Positions 37,987 through 52,467 of a DNA stretch of 64,000 nucleotides are shown one piece after another (position 1 is the first letter of the stretch; each line of letters opens with the position of its first letter). Source of the stretch: Haliotis cracherodii (taxonomy: Eukaryota); the NCBI RefSeq assembly GCF_022045235.1, contig NW_027266341.1:53940001-54004000 (forward strand), given 5' to 3'. The notes below the pieces were generated by a model. It searched no databases, was not told the DNA's origin, and was given only the letters and a program-made list of their open reading frames with translations. Made by a program: the position numbers and the translations under genes.

Positions 37987-39976
37987 ACCATTCCATATAC
38001 CCGCTCTTAGCGTATTTTTGGCGTATTTTTAGGCTCACTGTTTTGGCCCGACCTTCAGTTTCCTTTCGGCAAACCTCTTGGTTTATTAGCATGGCACAAG
38101 ACCATACTTTCTATACAATTTTGGCCCGTTTTTGGATCTCCCTTGAGGCATATTACTTTCGACTTTCGGTCATCTGAATAAATGTTTCTGTAATGTATAC
38201 ACAAGTCGTCTGTTTTCTCTACAGTGTTTCTTCCTTACAGCTAATAATATATGGGCGACAGCAGCATCGCAATATTGGCCAAATCCTCAAGATTTCCGAA
38301 CATGTGACATAAATTCATATGGATATTGTTAAAAAGTGAATGCTGCCTCTATATTGCTGTGCTGCTGTGTCCCAATTTCATGATCTGCACTTAGCAGAAG
38401 ATTTCTAAATAGGTGGGGTTACCTTAAGATCAGACACTTCTAAATGTTTATGTGGCGACAATTGTGACACGGGATATTCTCTGAGGACAGCTCTCTGATA
38501 CTTTGTTATCTGGAATAAATTTTATATTCCAATATAATAGCTAATCGTTTCTAATGTAACAATAATCGTGGCTTCCTTTTAAAGGAGTGCGAATCGAGAA
38601 TTGCCTTTCTTCTCTAAAACACAAGTGTCGCCACATGGGATATATTACGAGCACTTCACCCAACTAATAGCAGTAGTCGGACAAGGGGTTGAGAGTGATC
38701 TCCCTTCGCCTCAGTCAATATTGGATTCCACTCGTCTCATCACCTCACTGCTTGTCTTTTGGCCCGTGGTCTTCAGAAATTGCAGAGGGCATGCTTTTAT
38801 ACATAGGCCGAGGCCAGGCGCAAGTAGAAAGCCTATATTGATACCTACTCGTATGCAAGAGTAGATTAATATATATATATGACGTAATATTCGTATCTGG
38901 CATTCTACAAAAATACCTAAATGATACAAGGGGTCTGAATTCTACCCCTGTACGTCCACATCAAGGTTTCCAAAATGGGACGGTCAATAGGATTTCTCTG
39001 ACTGTGATTGTGTGGGTGGCTAGGATTTTTTCAGAAAAAAAATATATTGTCTCCAAAGTTGATTGAAAACTAATTAGGCTTCCATATGTTGGACAAAAAG
39101 AACATGTCGGCCACCAAAAATACGTTGTTGCAAGGTGGGTTTTTGAAAAATGTTTTATTTAGGCTCATTGTTTATAACTGATTTTGCATTTGCAGCTGAA
39201 AAATATCTAGTCTCCATACAAAATCCAACGTCGCCCACTCCCCCTTCCAAAGGAACATGAAATGGTCGGCCCCTCAGGCCTAGTGTAGTAAAAACCAATA
39301 TGCTTGTCATTTATCTTTCTCTCCTATTAGCTATTTTCTGTGGTCATCGTGTTTCCAGATTAGAAATCAAACCAAATAAGAACTGTCGCTGCACACGTTG
39401 GAAAATACCAGTACCATTTAACTTTTATTTTATCCCTGTAGGATAGGGAATAATTCCCAAATCCCACATGGATTATCAGAGATGTGCATTCTTACTAGCC
39501 TGCTAGCCCGTGTCAGTTAGTCGAATGTAAAAGGTATTGTGAAGGTTAGTATAATAGAGGGTCGTTATATGGTATCGCTATTCGGCCTAGCAAACGTTTA
39601 AGGTTAATGTCCATATCAAAGTGAACAAAATTCACCCTGTTTCGAGTAATGGAGGCACGAAAAACACCTAGTTTCACCTGCACATTTTTTTCAAACTCTG
39701 AACTGATGTAGGCAACGTTTCAGTTGTAAGATACAACTTAATCCCGGTGTTCAGACGAAATAAACCCGGCAGTTTTCACCCTTGGCAATGCCATTAGGCT
39801 TTACCACGCCGGAAGCTGGCGATGAGCCTCGTTCTGACTCCTCGAACTCCGTAACGTAGTTACCGTTGCCGTTATCGACGTCCCTTCTGTTTTCAACAGA
39901 AAAACGATCGCTTTTGCTCCGCTGACCTCTACGTTTCGCTCACTGCTGTATCATTCCAAGTGTGTCTTCTTCCAAG

Positions 39977-40961
39977 ATGAATACAAGGCTTCACATTCAA
40001 GGTATTTAAGATCACAATTATTCCCCTTAACAGTATTAACATGCTAAATTAGACGTGAAATTGGTCGTTGTTAGGCAGCAGTATCGGGACTGAAGATGGC
40101 GGCCGCCATTTGCAATTGTCATAACTGAAAATGTTAGATTGTAAACTTGACATGTGGTTCTCAGATGAAACCTGTTCGTACATTATAGCGTCGGGCGATG
40201 TTGTACAGATGTAAGATAACCCGTTTTCCGTGAAAGGGAGCTGTTTGGCCCATTTTATTGGTTAAATGTCGTCTTGCAGCACAGCCTGTAACCCTACATA
40301 CACTTGGACTTCGAGGTGTCAAAGGGCCGAGGTCGAGTGTCATACTGTAGCTGTCAGAAGTCATGAATTGTGATTTTTTGAACGTAGCCGTCGGCGTACA
40401 TTTAACTGAGGCTAGCTTTCGTTTTTCTTTTTCAGCTCGGGAGGACATAATTCGCTATTATGGCACTCCTGCGGCTGTGAGTTTGTGGCCGTCTCAGGAT
40501 GAGGAGTCCGACTGTGTATGTAGTTTTACTTGCCCACCCTATAAGTTCTTCCGTCTAGTATAGCTGATTTGTTGCACATTAAGTCTGCCCAGTCCCTATA
40601 ATAAAGTGTGATTCGTTTTCTATGCAAAAGTATCCCGTATTTCTGTCTGACTTGACTTCCTTTGTCCCTCCCTCCACCCCTCGATGTGTAGCGTTCCCTG
40701 GCTGTGTCCCCTTCCCGTTGTCCCGACCCCCTGAGCGTCTTCACTCCGTTCTGGGCCCGCCCTGTCTACGGTGAGACGCTCCCCGCCCCTGTCACCATCA
40801 ACCACGCCGCTTACTATCCTGCCCCAAGTGACGACGATGACAGTGACTACTGGGTGTACGAGGACGACGACGACCACAGCTTTGTGGATGACAGAGAGAT
40901 TCATCCCCTTAGAAAGGCGCTGACGAGAGCGGCTGCCTTCTTTAGGAAGATCTTCTCTTAG
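39977..40961 (+). CDS. Unrecognised 3-exon gene, copy 6; exons 39977-40001, 40436-40476, 40692-40961
   Basis: Same structure; splice sites intact. Confidence 0.72.
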
Positions 40962-40999
40962 ACTCCTTATCCTTTTAATGTCTGAATGTGTGCAAGTGA

Positions 41000-41136
41000 N
41001 NNNNNNNNNNNNNNNNNNNNNNNNNNNNNNNNNNNNNNNNNNNNNNNNNNNNNNNNNNNNNNNNNNNNNNNNNNNNNNNNNNNNNNNNNNNNNNNNNNNN
41101 NNNNNNNNNNNNNNNNNNNNNNNNNNNNNNNNNNNN
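41000..41136. other. Assembly gap (N run) replacing the (TATG)n tract of copy 6
   Basis: 137 N between GCAAGTGA and AATATAAG. Confidence 0.99.
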
Positions 41137-41547
41137 AATATAAGTTTGAATGAACATGCATGTGTGTGTATGTATATGTGTGTGAGAAAGAGAGACTGAA
41201 TGAATATGTATGTTTGTGTGTGTGTGTAATGTGTGCGTGTGTGTGAGAGTAAATGAAAGATTGAATTGGCATGTCTGTCTGTTTCTGTCTGTATGCATGT
41301 ATGTGTGTGTATTTGTGTGTGAGTGTGTGTGTGTATTGTGTGAGTGTGTGTGAGAGTAAATGAAAGATTGAATTGGCATGTCTGTCTGTCTGTCTGTATG
41401 CATGTATGTGTGTGTATTTGCGTGTGAGTGTGAGAGAGTGAATGAGCATGTATGCATAATAATGTGTGTATGTATGTTTGTATGTATGAGAGGGAGAGTG
41501 TATGTATGTTAGAGGTGAGAGTTAGAGTAAATGAACGAGCATACATG

Positions 41548-41630
<83 letters not shown>

Positions 41631-43622
41631 CTACCATTCCATATACCCGCTCTTAGCGTATTTTTGGCGTATTTTTAGGCTCACTGTTTTGGCCCGACCT
41701 TCAGTTTCCTTTCGGCAAACCTCTTGGTTTATTAGCATGGCACAAGACCATACTTTCTATACAATTTTGGCCCGTTTTTGGATCTCCCTTGAGGCATATT
41801 ACTTTCGACTTTCGGTCATCTGAATAAATGTTTCTGTAATGTATACACAAGTCGTCTGTTTTCTCTACAGTGTTTCTTCCTTACAGCTAATAATATATGG
41901 GCGACAGCAGCATCGCAATATTGGCCAAATCCTCAAGATTTCCGAACATGTGACATAAATTCATATGGATATTGTTAAAAAGTGAATGCTGCCTCTATAT
42001 TGCTGTGCTGCTGTGTCCCAGTTTCATGATCTGCACTTAGCAGAAGATTTCTAAATAGGTGGGGTTACCTTAAGATCAGACACTTCTAAATGTTTATGTG
42101 GCGACAATTGTGACACGGGATATTCTCTGAGGACAGCTCTCTGATACTTTGTTATCTGGAATAAATTTTATATTCCAATATAATAGCTAATCGTTTCTAA
42201 TGTAACAATAATCGTGGCTTCCTTTTAAAGGAGTGCGAATCGAGAATTGCCTTTCTTCTCTAAAACACAAGTGTCGCCACATGGGATATATTACGAGCAC
42301 TTCACCCAACTAATAGCAGTAGTCGGACAAGGGGTTGAGAGTGATCTCCCTTCGCCTCAGTCAATATTGGATTCCACTCGTCTCATCACCTCACTGCTTG
42401 TCTTTTGGCCCGTGGTCTTCAGAAATTGCAGAGGGCATGCTTTTATACATAGGCCGAGGCCAGGCGCAAGTAGAAAGCCTATATTGATACCTACTCGAAT
42501 GCAAGAGTAGATTAATATATATATATGACGTAATATTCGTATCTGGCATTCTACAAAAATACCTAAATGATACAAGGGGTCTGAATTCTACCCCTGTACG
42601 TCCACATCAAGGTTTCCAAAATGGGACGGTCAATAGGATTTCTGTGACTGTGAGTGTGTGGGTGGCTAGGATTTTTTCAGAAAAAAAATATATTGTCTCC
42701 AAAGTTGATTGAAAACTAATTAGGCTTCCATATGTTGGACAAAAAGAACATGTCGGCCACCAAAAATACGTTGTTGCAAGGTGGGTTTTTGAAAAATGTT
42801 TTATTTAGGCTCATTGTTTATAACTGATTTTGCATTTGCAGCTGAAAAATATCTAGTCTCCATACAAAATCCAACGTCGCCCACTCCCCCTTCCAAAGGA
42901 ACATGAAATGGTCGGCCCCTCAGGCCTAGTGTAGTAAAAACCAATATGCTTGTCATTTATCTTTCTCTCCTATTAGCTATTTTCTGTGGTCATCGTGTTT
43001 CCAGATTAGAAATCAAACCAAATAAGAACTGTCGCTGCACACGTTGGAAAATACCAGTACCATTTAACTTTTATTTTATCCCTGTAGGATAGGGACTAAT
43101 TCCCAAATCCCACATGGATTATCAGAGATGTGCATTCTTACTAGCCTGCTAGCCCGTGTCAGTTTGTCGAATGTAAAAGGTATTGTGAAGGTTAGTATAA
43201 TAGAGGGTCGTTATATGGTATCGCTATTCTGCCTAGCAAACGTTTAAGGTTAATGTCCATATCAAAGTGAACAAAATTCACCCTGTTTCGAGTAATGGAG
43301 GCACGAAAAACACCTAGTTTCACCTGCACATTTTTTTCAAACTCTGAACTGATGTAGGCAACGTTTCAGTTGTAAGATACAACTTAATCCCGGTGTTCAG
43401 ACGAAATAAACCCGGCAGTTTTCACCCTTGGCAATGCCATTAGGCTTTACCACGCCGGAAGCTGGCGATGAGCCTCGTTCTGACTCCTCGAACTCCGTAA
43501 CGTAGTTACCGTTGCCGTTATCGACGTCCCTTCTGTTTTCAACAGAAAAACGATCGCTTTTGCTCCGCTGACCTCTACGTTTCGCTCACTGCTGTATCAT
43601 TCCAAGTGTGTCTTCTTCCAAG

Positions 43623-44607
43623 ATGAATACAAGGCTTCACATTCAAGGTATTTAAGATCACAATTATTCCACTTAACAGTATTAACATGCTAAATTAGAC
43701 GTGAAACTGGTCGTTGTTAGGCAGCAGTATCGGGACTGAAGATGGCGGCCGCCATTTGCAATTGTCATAACTGAAAATGTTAGATTGTAAACTTGACATG
43801 TGGTTCTCAGATGAAACCTGTTCGTACATTATAGTGTCGGGCGATGTTGTACAGATGTAAGATAACCCGTTTTCCGTGAAAGGGAGCTGTTTGGCCCATT
43901 TTATTGGTTAAATGTCGTCTTGCAGCACAGCCTGTAACCCTACATACACTTGGACTTCGAGGTGTCAAAGGGCCGAGGTCGAGTGTCATACTGTAGCTGT
44001 CAGAAGTCATGAATTGTGATTTTTTGAACGTAGCCGTCGGCGTACATTTAACTGAGGCTAGCTTTCGTTTTTCTTTTTCAGCTCGGGAGGACATAATTCG
44101 CTATTATGGCACTCCTGCGGCTGTGAGTTTGTGGCCGTCTCAGGATGAGGAGTCCGACTGTGTATGTAGTTTTACATGCCCACCCTATAAGTTCTTCCGT
44201 CTAGTATAGCTGATTTGTTGCACATTAAGTCTGCCCAGTCCCTATAACAAAGTGTGATTCGTTTTCTATGCAAAAGTATCCCGTATTTCTGTCTGACTTG
44301 ACTTCCTTTGTCCCTCCCTCCACCCCTCGATGTGTAGCGTTCCCTGGCTGTGTCCCCTTCCCGTTGTCCCGACCCCCTGAGCGTCTTCGCTCCGTTCTGG
44401 GCCCGCCCTGTCTACGGTGAGACGCTCCCCGCCCCTGTCACCATCAACCACGCCGCTTACTATCCTGCCCCAAGTGACGACGATGACAGTGACTACTGGG
44501 TGTACGAGGACGACGACGACCACAGCTTTGTGGATGACAGAGAGATTCATCCCCTTAGAAAGGCGCTGACGAGAGCGGCTGCCTTCTTTAGGAAGATCTT
44601 CTCTTAG
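43623..44607 (+). CDS. Unrecognised 3-exon gene, copy 7 (T->A variant); exons 43623-43647, 44082-44122, 44338-44607
   Basis: Same structure; VFTP->VFAP. Confidence 0.72.
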
Positions 44608-44645
44608 ACTCCTTATCCTTTTAATGTCTGAATGTGTGCAAGTGA

Positions 44646-44786
44646 NNNNNNNNNNNNNNNNNNNNNNNNNNNNNNNNNNNNNNNNNNNNNNNNNNNNNNN
44701 NNNNNNNNNNNNNNNNNNNNNNNNNNNNNNNNNNNNNNNNNNNNNNNNNNNNNNNNNNNNNNNNNNNNNNNNNNNNNNNNNNNNNN
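44646..44786. other. Assembly gap (N run) replacing the (TATG)n tract of copy 7
   Basis: 141 N at the same unit position as the first gap. Confidence 0.99.
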
Positions 44787-45187
44787 AATATAAGTTTGAA
44801 TGAACATGCATGTGTGTGTATGTATATGTGTGTGAGAAAGAGAGACTGAATGAATATGTATGTTTGTGTGTGTGTGTAATGTGTGCGTGTGTGTGAGAGT
44901 AAATGAAAGATTGAATTGGCATGTTTGTCTGTTTCTGTCTGTATGCATGTATGTGTGTGTATTTGTGTGAGTGTGTGTGTGTGTATTGTGTGAGTGTGTG
45001 TGAGAGTAAATGAAAGATTGAATTGGCATGTCTGTCTGTCTGTCTGTATGCATGTATGTGTGTGTATTTGCGTGTGAGTGTGAGAGAGTGAATGAGCATG
45101 TATGCATAATAATGTGTGTATGTATGTTTGTATGTGTGAGAGGGAGAGTGTATGTATGTTAGAGGTGAGAGTTAGAGTAAATACATG

Positions 45188-45256
<69 letters not shown>

Positions 45257-47234
45257 ACCATTCCATATACCCGCTCTTAGCGTATTTTTGGCGTATTTTT
45301 AGGCTCACTGTTTTGGCCCGACCTTCAGTTTCCTTTCGGCAAACCTCTTGGTTTATTAGCATGGCACAAGACCATACTTTCTATACAATTTTGGCCCGTT
45401 TTTGGATCTCCCTTGAGGCATATTACTTTCGACTTTCGGTCATCTGAATAAATGTTTCTGTAATGTATACACAAGTCGTCTGTTTTCTCTACAGTGTTTC
45501 TTCCTTACAGCTAATAATATATGGGCGACAGCAGCATCGCAATATTGGCCAAATCCTCAAGATTTCCGAACATGTGACATAAATTCATATGGATATTGTT
45601 AAAAAGTGAATGCTGCCTCTATATTGCTGCGCTGCTGTGTCCCAATTTCATGATCTGCACTTAGCAGAAGATTTCTAAATAGGTGGGGTTACCTTAAGAT
45701 CCGACACTTCTAAATGTTTATGTGGCGACAATTGTGACACGGGATATTCTCTGAGGACAGCTCTCTGATACTTTGTTATCTGGAATAAATTTTATATTCC
45801 AATATAATAGCTAATCGTTTCTAATGTAACAATAATTGTGGCTTCCTTTTAAAGGAGTGCGAATCGAGAATTGCATTTCTTCTCTAAAACACAAGTGTCG
45901 CCGCATGGGATATATTACGAGCACTTCACCCAACTAATAGCAGTAGTCGGACAAGGGGTTGAGAGTGATCTCCCTTCGCCTCAGTCAATATTGGATTCCA
46001 CTCGTCTCATCACCTCACTGCTGGTCTTTTGGCCCGTGGTCTTCAGAAATTGCAGAGGGCATGCTTTTATACATAGGCCGAGGCCAGGCGCAAGTAGAAA
46101 GCCTATATTGACACCTACTCGTATGCAAGAGTAGATTAATATATATATATGACGTAATATTCGTATCTGGCATTCTACAAAAATACCTAAATGATACAAG
46201 GGGTCTGAATTCTACCCCTGTACGTCCACATCAAGGTTTCCAAAATGGGACGGTCAATAGGATTTCTCTGACTGTGAGTGTGTGGGTGGCTAGGATTTTT
46301 TCAGAAAAAAAATATATTGTCTCCAAAGTTGATTGAAAACTAATTAGGCTTCCATCTGTTGGACAAAAAGAACATGTCGGCCACCAAAAATACGTTGTTG
46401 CAAGGTGGGTTTTTGAAAAATGTTTTATTTAGGCTCATTGTTTATAACTGATTTTGCATTTGTAGCTGAAAAATATCTAGTCTCCATACAAAATCCAACG
46501 TCGCCCACTCCCCCTTCCAAAGGAACATGAAATGGTCGGCCCCTCAGGCCTAGTGTAGTAAAAGCCAATATGCTTGTCATTTATCTTGATTTCCTATTAG
46601 CTAATTTCTGTGGTCATCGTGTTTCCAGATTTGAAATCAAACCAAATAAGAACTGTGGAAAATACCAGTACCATTTAACTTTTATTTTATCCCTGTAGGC
46701 TAGGGAATAATTCCCAAATCCCACATGGATTATCAGAGATGTGCATTCTTACTAGCCTGCTAGCCCATGTCAGTTTGTCGAATGTAAAAGGTATTGTGAA
46801 GGTTAGTATAATAGAGGGTCGTTATATGGTATCGCTATTCGGCCTAGCAAACGTTTAAGGTTAATGTCCATATCAAAGTGAACAAAATTCACCCTGTTTC
46901 GAGTAATGGAGGCACGAAAAACACCTAGTTTCACCTGCACATTTTTTTCAAACTCTGAACTGATGTAGGCAACGTTTCAGTTGTAAGATACAACTTAATC
47001 CCGGTGTTCAGACGAAATAAACCCGGCAGTTTTCACCCTTGGCAATGCCATTAGGCTTTACCACGCCGGAAGCTGGCGATGAGCCTCGTTCTGACTCCTC
47101 GAACTCCGTAACGTAGTTACCGTTGCCGTTATCGACGTCCCTTCTGTTTTCAACAGAAAAAACGATCGCTTTTGCTCCGCTGACCTCTACGTTTCGCTCA
47201 CTGCTGTATCATTCCAAGTGTGTCTTCTTCCAAG

Positions 47235-48219
47235 ATGAATACAAGGCTTCACATTCAAGGTATTTAAGATCACAATTATTCCACTTAACAGTATTAACAT
47301 GCTAAATTAGACGTGAAATTGGTCGTTGTTAGGCAGCAGTATCGGGACTGAAGATGACGGCCGCCATTTGCAATTGTCATAACTGAAAATGTTAGATTGT
47401 AAACTTGACATGTGGTTCTCAGATGAAACCTGTTCGTACATTATAGTGTCGGGCGATGTTGTACAGATGTAAGATAACCCGTTTTCCGTGAAAGGGAGCT
47501 GTTTGGCCCATTTTATTGGTTAAATGTCGTCTTGCAGCACAGCCTGTAACCCTACATACACTTGGACTTCGAGGTGTCAAAGGGCCGAGGTCGAGTGGCA
47601 TACTGTAGCTGTCAGAAGTCATGAATTGTGATTTTTTGAACGTAGCCGTCGGCGTACATTTAACTGAGGCTAGCTTTCGTTTTTCTTTTTCAGCTCGGGA
47701 GGACATAATTCGCTATTATGGCACTCCTGCGGCTGTGAGTTTGTGGCCGTCTCAGGATGAGGAGTCCGACTGTGTATGTAGTTTTACATGCCCACCCTAT
47801 AAGTTCTTCCGTCTAGTATAGCTGATTTGTTGGACATTAAGTCTGCCCAGTCCCTATAATAAAGTGTGATTCGTTTTCTATGCAAAAGTATCCCGTATTT
47901 TTGTCTGACTTGACTTCCTTTGTCCCTCCCTCCACCCCTCGATGTGTAGCGTTCCCTGGCTGTGTCCCCTTCCCGTTGTCCCGACCCCCTGAGCGTCTTC
48001 ACTCCGTTCTGGGCCCGCCCTGTCTACGGTGAGACGCTCCCCGCCCCTGTCACCATCAACCACGCCGCTTACTATCCTGCCCCAAGTGACGACGATGACA
48101 GTGACTACTGGGTGTACGAGGACGACGACGACCACAGCTTTGTGGATGACAGAGAGATTCATCCCCTTAGAAAGGCGCTGACGAGAGCGGCTGCCTTCTT
48201 TAGGAAGATCTTCTCTTAG
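47235..48219 (+). CDS. Unrecognised 3-exon gene, copy 8; exons 47235-47259, 47694-47734, 47950-48219
   Basis: Same structure; splice sites intact; one half of the YY1-like palindrome is mutated (GATGACGG). Confidence 0.7.
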
Positions 48220-48278
48220 ACTCCTTATCCTTTTAATGTCTGAATGTGTGCAAGTGAGTGAATGAATGAGCATGTATG

Positions 48279-48309
<31 letters not shown>

Positions 48310-48753
48310 GTATGTGTGCGTTTGTGTGAGTGTAAATATAAGTTTGAATGAACATGCATGTGTGTGTATGTATATGTGTGTGAGAAAGAGAGACTGAATG
48401 AATATGTATGTTTGTGTGTGTGTGTAATGTGTGAGTGTGTGTGAGAGTAAATGAAAGATTGAATTGGCATGTCTGTCTGTTTCTGTCTGCATGCATGTAT
48501 GTGTGTGTATTTGTGTGTGAGTGAGTGTGTGTGTGTATTGTGTGAGTGTGTGTGAGAGTAAATGAAAGATTGAATTGGCATGTCTGTCTGTCTGTCTGTC
48601 TGTATGCATGTATGTGTGTGTATTTGCGTGTGAGTGTGAGAGAGTGAATGAGCATGTATGCATAATAATGTGTGTATGTATGTTTGTATGTGTGAGAGGG
48701 AGAGTGTATGTATGTTAGAGGTGAGAGTTAGAGTAAATGAACGAGCATACATG

Positions 48754-48845
<92 letters not shown>

Positions 48846-50823
48846 TACCATTCCATATACCCGCTCTTAGCGTATTTTGGCGTATTTTTAGGCTCACTGT
48901 TTTGGCCCGACCTTCAGTTTCCTTTCGGCAAACCTCTTGGTTTATTAGCATGGCACAAGACCATACTTTCTATACAATTTTGGCCCGTTTTTGGATCTCC
49001 CTTGAGGCATATTACTTTCGACTTTCGGTCATCTGAATAAATGTTTCTGTAATGTATACACAAGTCGTCTGTTTTCTCTACAGTGTTTCTTCCTTACAGC
49101 TAATAATATATGGGCGACAGCAGCATCGCAATATTGGCCAAATCCTCAAGATTTCCGAACATGTGACATAAATTCATATGGATATTGTTAAAAAGTGAAT
49201 GCTGCCTCTATATTGCTGCGCTGCTGTGTCCCAATTTCATGATCTGCACTTAGCAGAAGATTTCTAAATAGGTGGGGTTACCTTAAGATCCGACACTTCT
49301 AAATGTTTATGTGGCGACAATTGTGACACGGGATATTCTCTGAGGACAGCTCTCTGATACTTTGTTATCTGGAATAAATTTTATATTCCAATATAATAGC
49401 TAATCGTTTCTAATGTAACAATAATTGTGGCTTCCTTTTAAAGGAGTGCGAATCGAGAATTGCATTTCTTCTCTAAAACACAAGTGTCGCCGCATGGGAT
49501 ATATTACGAGCACTTCACCCAACTAATAGCAGTAGTCGGACAAGGGGTTGAGAGTGATCTCCCTTCGCCTCAGTCAATATTGGATTCCACTCGTCTCATC
49601 ACCTCACTGCTGGTCTTTTGGCCCGTGGTCTTCAGAAATTGCAGAGGGCATGCTTTTATACATAGGCCGAGGCCAGGCGCAAGTAGAAAGCCTATATTGA
49701 CACCTACTCGTATGCAAGAGTAGATTAATATATATATATGACGTAATATTCGTATCTGGCATTCTACAAAAATACCTAAATGATACAAGGGGTCTGAATT
49801 CTACCCCTGTACGTCCACATCAAGGTTTCCAAAATGGGACGGTCAATAGGATTTCTCTGACTGTGAGTGTGTGGGTGGCTAGGATTTTTTCAGAAAAAAA
49901 ATATATTGTCTCCAAAGTTGATTGAAAACTAATTAGGCTTCCATCTGTTGGACAAAAAGAACATGTCGGCCACCAAAAATACGTTGTTGCAAGGTGGGTT
50001 TTTGAAAAATGTTTTATTTAGGCTCATTGTTTATAACTGATTTTGCATTTGTAGCTGAAAAATATCTAGTCTCCATACAAAATCCAACGTCGCCCACTCC
50101 CCCTTCCAAAGGAACATGAAATGGTCGGCCCCTCAGGCCTAGTGTAGTAAAAGCCAATATGCTTGTCATTTATCTTGATTTCCTATTAGCTAATTTCTGT
50201 GGTCATCGTGTTTCCAGATTTGAAATCAAACCAAATAAGAACTGTGGAAAATACCAGTACCATTTAACTTTTATTTTATCCCTGTAGGCTAGGGAATAAT
50301 TCCCAAATCCCACATGGATTATCAGAGATGTGCATTCTTACTAGCCTGCTAGCCCATGTCAGTTTGTCGAATGTAAAAGGTATTGTGAAGGTTAGTATAA
50401 TAGAGGGTCGTTATATGGTATCGCTATTCGGCCTAGCAAACGTTTAAGGTTAATGTCCATATCAAAGTGAACAAAATTCACCCTGTTTCGAGTAATGGAG
50501 GCACGAAAAACACCTAGTTTCACCTGCACATTTTTTTCAAACTCTGAACTGATGTAGGCAACGTTTCAGTTGTAAGATACAACTTAATCCCGGTGTTCAG
50601 ACGAAATAAACCCGGCAGTTTTCACCCTTGGCAATGCCATTAGGCTTTACCAAGCCGGAAGCTGGCGATGAGCCTCGTTCTGACTCCTCGAACTCCGTAA
50701 CGTAGTTACCGTTGCCGTTATCGACGTCCCTTCTGTTTTCAACAGAAAAAACGATCGCTTTTGCTCCGCTGACCTCTACGTTTCGCTCACTGCTGTATCA
50801 TTCCAAGTGTGTCTTCTTCCAAG

Positions 50824-51808
50824 ATGAATACAAGGCTTCACATTCAAGGTATTTAAGATCACAATTATTCCACTTAACAGTATTAACATGCTAAATTAGA
50901 CGTGAAATTGGTCGTTGTTAGGCAGCAGTATCGGGACTGAAGATGGCGGCCGCCATTTGCAATTGTCATAACTGAAAATGTTAGATTGTAAACTTGACAT
51001 GTGGTTCTCAGATGAAACCTGTTCGTACATTATAGTGTCGGGCGATGTTGTACAGATGTAAGATAACCCGTTTTCCGTGAAAGGGAGCTGTTTGGCCCAT
51101 TTTATTGGTTAAATGTCGTCTTGCAGCACAGCCTGTAACCCTACATACACTTGGACTTCGAGGTGTCAAAGGGCCGAGGTCGAGTGGCATACTGTAGCTG
51201 TCAGAAGTCATGAATTGTGATTTTTTGAACGTAGCCGTCGGCGTACATTTAACTGAGGCTAGCTTTCGTTTTTCTTTTTCCGCTCGGGAGGACATAATTC
51301 GCTATTATGGCACTCCTGCGGCTGTGAGTTTGTGGCCGTCTCAGGATGAGGAGTCCGACTGTGTATGTAGTTTTACATGCCCACCCTATAAGTTCTTCCG
51401 TCTAGTATAGCTGATTTGTTGGACATTAAGTCTGCCCAGTCCCTATAATAAAGTGTGATTCGTTTTCTATGCAAAAGTATCCCGTATTTTTGTCTGACTT
51501 GACTTCCTTTGTCCCTCCCTCCACCCCTCGATGTGTAGCGTTCCCTGGCTGTGTCCCCTTCCCGTTGTCCCGACCCCCTGAGCGTCTTCACTCCGTTCTG
51601 GGCCCGCCCTGTCTACGGTGAGACGCTCCCCGCCCCTGTCACCATCAACCACGCCGCTTACTATCCTGCCCCAAGTGACGACGATGACAGTGACTACTGG
51701 GTGTACGAGGACGACGACGACCACAGCTTTGTGGATGACAGAGAGATTCATCCCCTTAGAAAGGCGCTGACGAGAGCGGCTGCCTTCTTTAGGAAGATCT
51801 TCTCTTAG
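50824..51808 (+). pseudogene. Gene copy 9: exon-2 acceptor mutated (CAG->CCG)
   Basis: TTTCTTTTTCCG|CTCGGG at 51271-51288 versus TTTTTCAG|CTCGGG in the other copies. Skipping the 41-nt exon would frameshift. A ~200-bp deletion follows the (GA)n tract. Confidence 0.6.
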
Positions 51809-52033
51809 ACTCCTTATCCTTTTAATGTCTGAATGTGTGCAAGTGAGTGAATGAATGAGCAGGTATGTATGTATGTATGTATGTATGTATGTATGTATGT
51901 ATGTATGTATGTATGTATGTATGTATGTATGTATGTATGTGTGCGTTTGTGTGAGAGTAAATATAAGTTTGAATGAACATGCATGTGTGTGTATGTATAT
52001 GTGTGTGAGAAAGAGAGACTGAATGAATATGTA

Positions 52034-52069
<36 letters not shown>

Positions 52070-52384
52070 GTGTGTGTGTGTGTGAGAGTAAATGAACGAT
52101 TAAATTGGCATGTCTGTCTGTCTGTCTGTATGCATGTATGTGTGTGTATTTGTGTGTGTGTGTGTGTATTGTGTGAGTGTGTGTGAGAGTAAATGAAAGA
52201 TTGAATTGGCATGTATGTCTGTCTGTCTGTCTGTATGCATGTATGTGTGTGTATTTGTGTGTGAGTGTGAGAGAGTGAATGAGCATGTATGTATATTAAT
52301 GTGTGTATGTATGTTTGTATGTGTGAGAGGGAGAGTGTATGTATGTTAGAGATGAGAGTTAGAGTGAATGAACGAGCATACATG

Positions 52385-52467
<83 letters not shown>

